A stretch of 64,000 nt of DNA from NCBI GenBank assembly GCA_964541895.1, contig CAZISM010000013.1, positions 8,348-72,347 on the forward strand. Reading direction: 5' to 3'. The position numbers and the translations under genes were made by a program. Under the pieces are notes generated by a model. It saw nothing but the letters and a program-made list of their open reading frames with translations, made no database searches and was not told the origin of the DNA. Shown piece by piece: positions 56,809-64,000 of this stretch (positions within the stretch are counted from its first letter, which is position 1; the number at the start of each line of letters is the position of its first letter). Source of the stretch: an uncultured Cytophagia bacterium (GTDB lineage: Bacteria; Zhuqueibacterota; Zhuqueibacteria; Residuimicrobiales; Residuimicrobiaceae).

Positions 56809-58797
56809 GTGTCAAGCTGGATAGGACGTCTGATTCTGTTGGGGGCGCTTTTGGCGAGCGCAGGTTTTTTCATCCGCGAAATCTGGATTCGTGTTCGATT
56901 GATCCAGCGCGGCAAACGGGAGGTGAGTCGCACCGACCGGCCTGTGGAACGATTGCGATTCATGGTGTTGCGTGTGGCTAGCCAGCTCTGCGCCATCAAG
57001 GACCGGCCGCTGGCCGGCCTCATGCATGCGTTTCTGTTCTGGGGCTTTATGCTGTTCACCGTTGCCACGATCAATCACGTCGTCGGTGCGTTCATAAGCG
57101 GATTTTCACTCTGGGGCCATTCGGCCTTTAACGACCTCTGGTTTCTGGCAGTGGACGTGGTGGCGGTGCTCACCATCGCAGGCACTCTTTTTCTGGCGTT
57201 CCGTCGCTATGTGATCAAACCTGTGGCCATCACCCAGCCGCAACCCATCTCCCGTTCCTGGCAGAGCGGGGTGGTGCTGTCGCTGATTTTCGGCCTGATG
57301 ATCACCTATCTCTTCGGCCAGGCGGTGGACGGTATCCGCAGCGGGCACTTTTTTGCCGCCAGCATGCCGTTCAGCCGGGCTTCGGCCGCTCTTTTCACCG
57401 GTATGTCGCCAGAATCCCTGAGCCTGTGGGGCGGGATTTTCTGGTGGTCGCATATCCTGATGGTGTTCGGCTTTCTGGTGTTCATCCCTCATTCCAAGCA
57501 CCTGCATCTTTTGGCCGGACCGGTGAACATTTTTTTACGCAGCCGCGAGCCCATCGGCACGCTGCAAAAGATTGACTTTGAAAAGTCGGAAGAGTTTGGC
57601 GTCAGCAGGGTCACGCAGTATCAATGGAAAAACATGACCGACTTTTTCTCCTGTGTCGACTGTGGCCGTTGCCAGGATGTCTGCCCGGCGTTTCAGAGCG
57701 GCAAGGCATTGTCGCCCAAAGTGGTCATGATGAGTCTGCGCAAGCATCTGTTGCACGAGAAAGAGGCGCTGTTGAAAGGCGGCGAACCTTCCGAGCCGGT
57801 CATGGATGGCTGGCTGACGCCGGACGAGATCTGGGCCTGCACCACCTGCGGCGCCTGCATGGAAACATGCCCGGTGATGAACGAACACATACCCGCCCTT
57901 GTCGAGCTGCGGCGCGCCAAGGTCATGATGGACAGCGACTTTCCCACGGAACTGAATGCGACGTTTCGCGGCCTGGAGACCAACGCCAACCCGTGGAACA
58001 TGGGAGCGGCCGCTCGCGCCGAGTGGTGTCAAGCGTTGCAGGTGCCGCTGATGGCGGAAAAGAGAGAGGCCGAGTACCTCTGGTTCGTCGGCTGCGCCGG
58101 CTCCTTTGATGATCGCGGCAAGAACATTTCCAAAGCGCTGGTGCAGATATTGAACGCCGCCGGTGTGGATTATGCGATTCTGGGAGCAGAGGAAAAGTGT
58201 TGCGGCGATCCGGCGCGCCGGGCCGGCAACGAATATGTGTTCCAGATGATGGCGGAAGAGAACATTCAGACCATGAAGCAGTACAGGTTCAAAAAAGTCT
58301 TGACCTCCTGTCCGCACGGGTATCATATGATTCAGAGCGAATATCGCCATCTCGGCGGCGAGTTCAGCGTCGTGCATCACACCGAGCTGATTGCCGAGCT
58401 GTTGAAGCAGGGGCGGCTCAGCGTGCGGCAGATGCAGGAGAGTGTGGGCTATCACGACTCGTGCTATCTGGGCCGGTATAATAACGTTTACGATGCGCCT
58501 CGTCAGGTGTTGCAGCATTTGCAGCACGGGGGCTGTCGGGAGATGGGGCGGCATCACAGCAAGAGTTTTTGCTGCGGCGCCGGCGGTGGCCGCATGTTCA
58601 TGGAAGAGACGGTCGGGACCCGTATCAACCATCTTCGCGTGGAGGAAGCCGTCGCCAGCGGCGCCGGGATTATGACCACCGCGTGTCCGTTCTGTCTCAC
58701 CATGCTCGATGACGGCACCCGGGAGAAGGGGCTGGAACAGAACATTCAGGTGCTGGACATTGCCCAGGTGGTGGCGAGCCATCTGGTGCAAAAGTAG
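56809..58797 (+). CDS. Membrane-bound Fe-S oxidoreductase (FadF / heterodisulfide-reductase-related, CCG domains)
   Basis: N-terminal TM helices; CVDCGRCQDVCP and CTTCGAC.ETCP ferredoxin motifs; CCG motifs EKCCGD and FCCGAGGG. Confidence 0.92.
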   Translation: MSSWIGRLILLGALLASAGFFIREIWIRVRLIQRGKREVSRTDRPVERLRFMVLRVASQLCAIKDRPLAGLMHAFLFWGFMLFTVATINHVVGAFISGFSLWGHSAFNDLWFLAVDVVAVLTIAGTLFLAFRRYVIKPVAITQPQPISRSWQSGVVLSLIFGLMITYLFGQAVDGIRSGHFFAASMPFSRASAALFTGMSPESLSLWGGIFWWSHILMVFGFLVFIPHSKHLHLLAGPVNIFLRSREPIGTLQKIDFEKSEEFGVSRVTQYQWKNMTDFFSCVDCGRCQDVCPAFQSGKALSPKVVMMSLRKHLLHEKEALLKGGEPSEPVMDGWLTPDEIWACTTCGACMETCPVMNEHIPALVELRRAKVMMDSDFPTELNATFRGLETNANPWNMGAAARAEWCQALQVPLMAEKREAEYLWFVGCAGSFDDRGKNISKALVQILNAAGVDYAILGAEEKCCGDPARRAGNEYVFQMMAEENIQTMKQYRFKKVLTSCPHGYHMIQSEYRHLGGEFSVVHHTELIAELLKQGRLSVRQMQESVGYHDSCYLGRYNNVYDAPRQVLQHLQHGGCREMGRHHSKSFCCGAGGGRMFMEETVGTRINHLRVEEAVASGAGIMTTACPFCLTMLDDGTREKGLEQNIQVLDIAQVVASHLVQK

Positions 58798-58823
58798 AAC
58801 GAAGGGATATGTAGCGGAAAAAG

Positions 58824-58858
58824 AAAAGGCCTTGCCGACGAATCGGCAAGGCCTTTTT
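58824..58858. terminator. Bidirectional terminator between the convergent FadF-like and cold-shock genes
   Basis: AAAAGGCCTTGCCGA-CGAA-TCGGCAAGGCCTTTT. Confidence 0.88.
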
Positions 58859-58876
58859 GGTTGGGCAAAGGCTAAG

Positions 58877-59077
58877 CTAGATCTTGCTAACGTTGGCCGC
58901 TTGCAGTCCTTTGGGTCCTTTTTCGACGTCAAATTGAACTTTGTCGCCTTCATTCAAGGACTTGAAGCCGTCCCCCGCGATCGCCTTATAATGCACGAAC
59001 ACGTCCGCACCGCCCGGCCGCTGGATAAATCCATAGCCTTTTTCGGAATTAAACCATTTGACGGTTCCCTGCTCCAT
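58877..59077 (-). CDS. Cold-shock protein (CspA family)
   Basis: [18 protein letters not shown]...DVFVHY...GFKSLNEG...[10 protein letters not shown]; ATG at 59077. Confidence 0.96.
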   Translation of the reverse strand: MEQGTVKWFNSEKGYGFIQRPGGADVFVHYKAIAGDGFKSLNEGDKVQFDVEKGPKGLQAANVSKI

Positions 59078-59388
59078 CCTGACTTTCCTTTCTTTTAAGA
59101 ATTGCTTTTTTGCCGCGCTTGCGGCCGGCGTACCCATGCATTATTTCTGACATGCAAAAAAAAATCGCAAATCACGGGAAGACAGTATAATCCCGCGTTG
59201 CGATTTAGCAGCGGCCAATCGAATGTTCACAATACTGTGTGTTAAGGTCGAACGCGTAGAGCATGCAGAAATTACATTTACAATGGTGTACCACGATTTG
59301 TCTTTGATAATGTAAATATATTTTTTATAATACGCAAGAAAAATTACATAAAATCTACAAATCGGGGCAATTTGAAAGGAACAGGCGG

Positions 59389-60690
59389 ATGCTGAAAAAA
59401 GTGCTGTTTTTACTGGTGGCGGTGACCGGTTGGTCTGTAAAACTGGCTGCTCAGCCGCAGGGGTTCAACTATGATGAAGCGAAGGTTCCCGCCTATACGT
59501 TGCCGGATCCGTTGCTGACGATAGCGGGTGAAACGATCACCACGCCGCAAGCCTGGTGGGAGAAACGCCGGCCGGAGTTACTAAAGCTGTTTGCGGAGGA
59601 GGTTTATGGCCGGACGCCGGCGGCCGCGCAGAAATTTAAGATCGCTAAACCATTGATTAAAAAGGATAAAAATGCCCTGCACGGTCTTGCTGTCCGCAAG
59701 CAGGTCCATATCCGCCTGGCGGGCAAAGAGCCGATGCCGCAGATGACTATTCTGATCTATCTGCCAAAGGCGGTGACCAAGCCGGTGCCGCTCTTTCTGG
59801 GTTTGAATTTTAACGGCAACCACTCTATCCACAATGATCCGGGCATTGAGCTGTGCGAAGCGTGGATGCGCGATGATAACAAGCCGGGTATCGTCGGCAA
59901 CCGGGCGACGGAACAAACCCGCGGCATCGAAGCCAGCCGCTGGCAGGTGGAAATGATTTTGCAGCGGGGCTATGGTCTGGCCACAGTATATTACGGCGAT
60001 CTGGATCCCGATTTTGACGACGGTTTTAGGAACGGCGTGCAGCCTCTGTTTTATCGCGACGGGCAGACACGTCCGGACGCAGACGAATGGGGTGCGATCG
60101 GTGCCTGGGCCTGGGGCTTGTCGCGGGCTATGGATTATCTGCAAACCGACAAGGATGTGGATGCCGGCCGTGTCGCCATCATCGGCCACTCGCGTCTGGG
60201 CAAGGCGGCGCTCTGGGCCGGGGCACAGGACCAGCGGTTTGCGATGGTGATTTCCAACAATTCCGGATGCGGGGGGGCGGCGCTGTCAAAACGCATTTTC
60301 GGAGAAACCGTGGCCCGCATCAACACCAATTTTCCGCACTGGTTTTGCGGCCGCTATAAAGCCTACAATGACAACGAATCGGCCTTGCCGGTGGATCAGC
60401 ACGAGCTGTTGGCGTTGATGGCGCCGAGGCCGCTCTACGTTGCCAGCGCCCAGGAGGATCTGTGGGCCGATCCGCGCGGTGAATTTCTCGCCGCTCTGGC
60501 GGCGAGTCCGGTGTACCAGCTGCTGGGCCGCGATGGTCTGGTCGCGACCGAAATGCCGGCGCTGCAGCAACCGGTGCACAGCACCATCGGCTATCATATT
60601 CGCAGCGGCAAGCATGATGTGACGGCGTACGACTGGGAACAGTATTTAAATTTTGCCGACCGTCATTTCCGGCACCCGCGCGTCCGTTAG
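59389..60690 (+). CDS. Secreted CE15-family (glucuronoyl-esterase-like) esterase
   Basis: Signal peptide; [74 protein letters not shown]. Confidence 0.9.
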   Translation: MLKKVLFLLVAVTGWSVKLAAQPQGFNYDEAKVPAYTLPDPLLTIAGETITTPQAWWEKRRPELLKLFAEEVYGRTPAAAQKFKIAKPLIKKDKNALHGLAVRKQVHIRLAGKEPMPQMTILIYLPKAVTKPVPLFLGLNFNGNHSIHNDPGIELCEAWMRDDNKPGIVGNRATEQTRGIEASRWQVEMILQRGYGLATVYYGDLDPDFDDGFRNGVQPLFYRDGQTRPDADEWGAIGAWAWGLSRAMDYLQTDKDVDAGRVAIIGHSRLGKAALWAGAQDQRFAMVISNNSGCGGAALSKRIFGETVARINTNFPHWFCGRYKAYNDNESALPVDQHELLALMAPRPLYVASAQEDLWADPRGEFLAALAASPVYQLLGRDGLVATEMPALQQPVHSTIGYHIRSGKHDVTAYDWEQYLNFADRHFRHPRVR

Positions 60691-60697
60691 CCGGCAT

Positions 60698-60733
60698 AAA
60701 AAAGCCTGACTCCGGGGGCAGAGAGTCAGGCTT
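60698..60733 (-). terminator. Intrinsic terminator for the convergent minus-strand gene
   Basis: AAGCCTGACTC...GAGTCAGGCTT with a T6 run on the minus strand. Confidence 0.7.
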
Positions 60734-60761
60734 GGCCTCAACCTACCACTCAAAAGGAGTG

Positions 60762-61439
60762 TCAGAGCATGGTGTGATTTGAGTGGTGTTTGGTTTTATT
60801 GGCCGGTTCCAATATCGGGATGTTGAGCATGAATTGTTTCAACGACAGCAGATCTTTGCGGCTGTGCGGCGTGCACGAGTCGTCGGCCACCTTGTACAGC
60901 TTTTCGATCAGCATATTCCCTTTGTTCAGAAATTCGGTGGCGGACGAGTAATCGTGTTTTTCCATCTGGATGAGGGCGAGCGCTTTTTGTTCGATGACGC
61001 GGACCAGGTCAAGGTACTGTTGAAAGTAGTCGCGGGTGTTGGCGTCGCGGCTGGTTTTGCAGACAAAGGAGAGCGCTCGCGAGATGAACTTTACGTCTTG
61101 GTCGGCCAGGGTGTATTTGTGCAGATGCATAAAGGCCAGCGAACGGATCAGGTACAGCACCAGTTCCTGTTCCAGTTGCACAAAATCCTGCTGGTTCAAC
61201 TCAAAGGGGGTTTTGTTCTTTTGGCTGTTTTTGAAACGCCATAGCAGATGGTGATAGTAAGAGGCTTTGTTGTGGGGCAGCCGTCCGTCCGGTCGGCCGC
61301 TCAGTTCCATAGCCATCAATCCGGATTGAAAATAGATATTGAGATGCAGTTTGGACGAGTTTCCCGTCTCAAATACGGCATGGATCTGATCCGCATTGGC
61401 AATCCAGTAACGGAAAACAGGTTCAAAAGTGAAATCCAC
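60762..61439 (-). CDS. Hypothetical helical protein; divergent relative of the uncharacterised MELxGRPDGxxPH family
   Basis: GTG at 61439 with GAGGAGGAG RBS; LMAMELSGRPDGRLPH...YFQQYLDLVRVI...A...MEKHDYSSA. Confidence 0.7.
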   Translation of the reverse strand: MDFTFEPVFRYWIANADQIHAVFETGNSSKLHLNIYFQSGLMAMELSGRPDGRLPHNKASYYHHLLWRFKNSQKNKTPFELNQQDFVQLEQELVLYLIRSLAFMHLHKYTLADQDVKFISRALSFVCKTSRDANTRDYFQQYLDLVRVIEQKALALIQMEKHDYSSATEFLNKGNMLIEKLYKVADDSCTPHSRKDLLSLKQFMLNIPILEPANKTKHHSNHTML

Positions 61440-61816
61440 TGCTCCTCCTCTGAGACAGCACCATGAAACGTTTTTGCCGCGATAAGAGGCAGAATCTAAA
61501 GCACCCGGATCAATATAAGCAACAATTTTTATTTTGTCAAGATAAATTAGCGACAAGTCGTCAATATTTGCGAATATAAATATCCAGCAAACACTTTTCT
61601 CTTCGCCTGCCGGGAAATGTCAAAATTAGCACCCGTAAACGTTGAATTTTTAATCACTGTCACAAAAAGTATATATAGAAAATTATGGCTATATTTTTAA
61701 AATAATAAGTAAATCGCAAATTTTAGCGAATTATATTGCATTTTATCAATAATTTTCTTATTATACCACCGACCCGGACGGTTCTAACCATTAAATTTCT
61801 GAAGGAGAAAGGTAAA

Positions 61817-62068
61817 ATGAAACGCAACTTGGCAAAAGTGCTCGCAATCATTCTGTTAGGCTTTGTTTTTTTGGCTGCGTTTGCCGTAACAGACAAAATT
61901 TATTCGTCAGATGAAGAAAAATCTCTTGTAATTGTCGTAAAAGATGCTAAATTTGGCGAAGAAGAAAAAATTATTATCATCGAAGATCCCGGCACGGGTG
62001 GGGCCTATGTAAACAGCGTCTACCCGGGGCCGACGCCGCCGCCGCCGGATACGACCGGCGGGAACTAA
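61817..62068 (+). CDS. Small secreted protein (83 aa) with a Pro-rich C-terminus
   Basis: GAAGGAG RBS; signal peptide MKRNLAKVLAIILLGFVFLAAFA; tail YPGPTPPPPDTTGGN. Confidence 0.75.
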   Translation: MKRNLAKVLAIILLGFVFLAAFAVTDKIYSSDEEKSLVIVVKDAKFGEEEKIIIIEDPGTGGAYVNSVYPGPTPPPPDTTGGN

Positions 62069-62094
62069 ATCAAAAAGGACACCCAAAAAGCGAA

Positions 62095-63222
62095 ATGAAG
62101 TTCGGGTCTGCATCCAATCTTGCACAAACGGTCCGAAGAATTCTTGGTTTTTGGATAGGTTTTCTCTGCGTCTGCAATTTTCTTTCATTGTTGCCGCATT
62201 GGCATTTGCACCTGTTGAGCTGGGTTAATTACTCGCTCTTTTTTCTGATGGCCGTGACTTCCATCTACATCGCACGCAAAGAGATCTATTTCGTCGATGT
62301 GTTCTGGCACTTTGGTATCCTGTTTCTGCTGATTTCGTTTTCAATGCTCATCTACTTTACCGGCAAGGAAGGAATCATCGGCAACAATTTTCTCTACTAC
62401 TACCTGGTGATTTATTCCAAACCGTTTTTTCACGTGATGTTCCTGGCCGGCATTTTTTATCTCTCCTACCGCTATGTGCTCTGGAGAATGCCGAACCGAA
62501 CAGGATACCTGCTGTCGTGGTTCGCGGCCTTTATATGCAGCGCCGATTTCTGGTACAAAGCCCTGACCATCTCCCGCTTTCCCTTTAAGGTGGGCGCCTT
62601 GGGCCAATTCTGGATTATGCTGCGCATCGACATCATCGGCCTGCTGTTACTCGCATCCTATTTTATCGTTGTCTGGCGTCTTAATCGTCCGACCGGCTCA
62701 TTTATCAATTTTTGGCTGGTCGGACTTTTTGTTTTCTTTTCCTGCGATTTCATCGACATGGTGGTGTCGTTCTACCAGCTGGATGTCTATGGCATCGATC
62801 AGTATTTCAGCCTGATCTGCCTGGGCCTGTTGGCCGTCATCCTCTTCCTGCGCCTGATTTCCCTGTTCTCTGATGAATACCGGTTGAAAGAACAGTTCAT
62901 TTTCGATTCCGCGTTCGGCCTTTCCACGCCGGTGGTTATGGTGAACAAACACTCCGAAGTCATCATCGAACAGGTTAAAAATCTGTTCAGCACTCAGACT
63001 CTGGTGCTGCAGTTCGCCTTCGGACTGGGGCTGATTCTTATTTCCGGCTTTACCCGCAATCCGTTCGTGACCGTGAAATCGTTTATGATGATATTTTTGC
63101 TGGCCGGAATCTGGAACGTCTATTATCATGTCTATTATAAACGGTCAAAACGTCCGCAAATTTTAAATCAGAAATTCCTTAACCAGCCAACGAATACCCA
63201 TCAAAAGGGGAGAGGTGTATGA
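62095..63222 (+). CDS. Polytopic membrane protein (about 10 TM) with no recognisable catalytic domain
   Basis: AAGGA upstream; about 8 hydrophobic segments, a short polar loop, 2 more segments and a basic tail. Confidence 0.8.
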   Translation: MKFGSASNLAQTVRRILGFWIGFLCVCNFLSLLPHWHLHLLSWVNYSLFFLMAVTSIYIARKEIYFVDVFWHFGILFLLISFSMLIYFTGKEGIIGNNFLYYYLVIYSKPFFHVMFLAGIFYLSYRYVLWRMPNRTGYLLSWFAAFICSADFWYKALTISRFPFKVGALGQFWIMLRIDIIGLLLLASYFIVVWRLNRPTGSFINFWLVGLFVFFSCDFIDMVVSFYQLDVYGIDQYFSLICLGLLAVILFLRLISLFSDEYRLKEQFIFDSAFGLSTPVVMVNKHSEVIIEQVKNLFSTQTLVLQFAFGLGLILISGFTRNPFVTVKSFMMIFLLAGIWNVYYHVYYKRSKRPQILNQKFLNQPTNTHQKGRGV

Positions 63223-64000
63223 AGATTCATCGCAGCCAGGCGTTACCACCTGAAGTATTGCTTGGCAACTGTCCCGAGATCGACCAGATCCGGCGCGCTC
63301 TGACCATGATCGGCAAAAGCAACCAGAACGTGATGATCGTCGGCGAACCCGGGACCGAGAAAGTGCAGATTGCCAGAGCCATCTGCGAACACAGTCAGGG
63401 CGCGAATAAATGCGTTCTCGAATCCGAATCGTCCAAACTCAACGCCGCCTTTGAATTCGAGATCAGCGCCCAGATTCAGCGTGCCGAGCCGGACATTGAA
63501 TCCCTCAACAGCGTGCAAGGCATCATCATCATCGAAAATGTGGATCAACTCTCAGTGGAGGCGCAAAAGAAACTGCTGGTGCTGGCTCGCCGCGGCTATT
63601 TTACCCTGCTGGGACAGAAAAAGCCGACCGCCACGGATTTCCGGCTGATCTGCACCACCTCTACAAAAATAAATAACGATGCCATGCAGAGCGGCCTGGA
63701 TTCCGAACTGTTCCTCGCCCTCTCGGAGCTCACGCTCAAATTGCCATCGCTGCGTGACCGCCGGCAGGACATTCCGGTTCTGTTCGAGCACTATTTGAAA
63801 AATGTCTGCGAGGAACTGGTGCGGCCGGTGCCGCCGATCAATTTCGAAATTTTTAATCAGATGCTCAAATACGATTGGCCCGGCAACGTCAAAGAGCTGG
63901 AAAATGTCGTGCGCAGCCTCGTGCTCTCTTCGCCCGAAGGCGAACTGCTGCCTCAGGCGCTGCCGTTCTTTGACGATCGGCAACAGTTCGGCAAGCTGGA
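63219..64000 (+). CDS. Receiver-less, degenerate sigma54-interaction (NtrC-type AAA+) protein; 3' truncated by the window edge and absent from the ORF track
   Basis: ATG at 63219 overlaps the previous TGA (ATGA) and follows GGGGAGAGG. Manual translation: MKIHRSQ...NVMIVGEPGTEKVQIARAIC...IIIIENVDQLSVEAQKKLL...DFRLICTT...LPSLRDRRQDIPVL...YDWPGNVKELENVV. No stop before base 64000. Confidence 0.88.
   Translation, partial: MKIHRSQALPPEVLLGNCPEIDQIRRALTMIGKSNQNVMIVGEPGTEKVQIARAICEHSQGANKCVLESESSKLNAAFEFEISAQIQRAEPDIESLNSVQGIIIIENVDQLSVEAQKKLLVLARRGYFTLLGQKKPTATDFRLICTTSTKINNDAMQSGLDSELFLALSELTLKLPSLRDRRQDIPVLFEHYLKNVCEELVRPVPPINFEIFNQMLKYDWPGNVKELENVVRSLVLSSPEGELLPQALPFFDDRQQFGKL

Noticed and set aside
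61440-61816. Sigma54 (-24/-12) promoter upstream of the peptide module
   Set aside because: The closest match (TAGCGAATTATATTGCA) lacks the GG dinucleotide and has the wrong spacing.
1-64000. Many long opposite-strand or alternate-frame ORFs in the track (e.g. 12810-14321, 17154-18659, 22895-24265, 32103-33941, 42622-44628, 46738-48180, 57535-58953)
   Set aside because: They shadow genes with clear family motifs, have no motifs of their own, and are expected in GC-rich DNA.
1-64000. CRISPR array, transposase, integrase, prophage, rRNA or tRNA
   Set aside because: No regularly spaced direct repeats, recombinase or transposase motifs, phage genes or RNA-gene signatures were seen.

Overview
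64 kb of gene-dense, GC-rich bacterial chromosome, mostly on the + strand. Gene content and order suggest an FCB-superphylum diderm such as candidate division KSB1 or a Calditrichota relative; this is inference only. From start to end: the tail of a GH38-epimerase-DHDPS-like sugar catabolic operon; a GT2/sugar-transferase fusion, accA and a GAF-PP2C phosphatase; the core HNH-scpA-scpB-rluB-cmk-ispH-rpsA block; a DEAD-box helicase; lapA-lapB-SPOR; a HAD hydrolase and a Tat-exported Gfo/Idh/MocA oxidoreductase; an output-less REC-PAS-GAF-GAF protein; a DUF362/AmmeMemoRadiSam operon in which all three proteins carry apparent export signals; a lipoprotein-led partner-switching cluster (four PP2C phosphatases, one STAS protein, one RsbW-type kinase); B12 radical SAM, deoxynucleoside kinase, SAM hydrolase, site-2 protease, an unknown protein and PBP1A; PfkB-SSS-DUF1080 sugar genes; a fatty-acid uptake/oxidation locus (TonB receptor, lipoprotein, FadL, TetR, EtfBA, FadF-like); a cold-shock protein; a CE15 esterase. 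The window ends in an AT-richer module: a small secreted Pro-rich protein, a ~10-TM membrane protein with no catalytic domain, and a coupled receiver-less, motif-degenerate NtrC-type AAA+ protein that is missing from the ORF track because it runs off the window end. This module is the best candidate for an undescribed system (kinase-less peptide signalling). No rRNA, tRNA, CRISPR array, transposase or integrase was recognised. All family assignments come from motifs read by eye; no searches were run.
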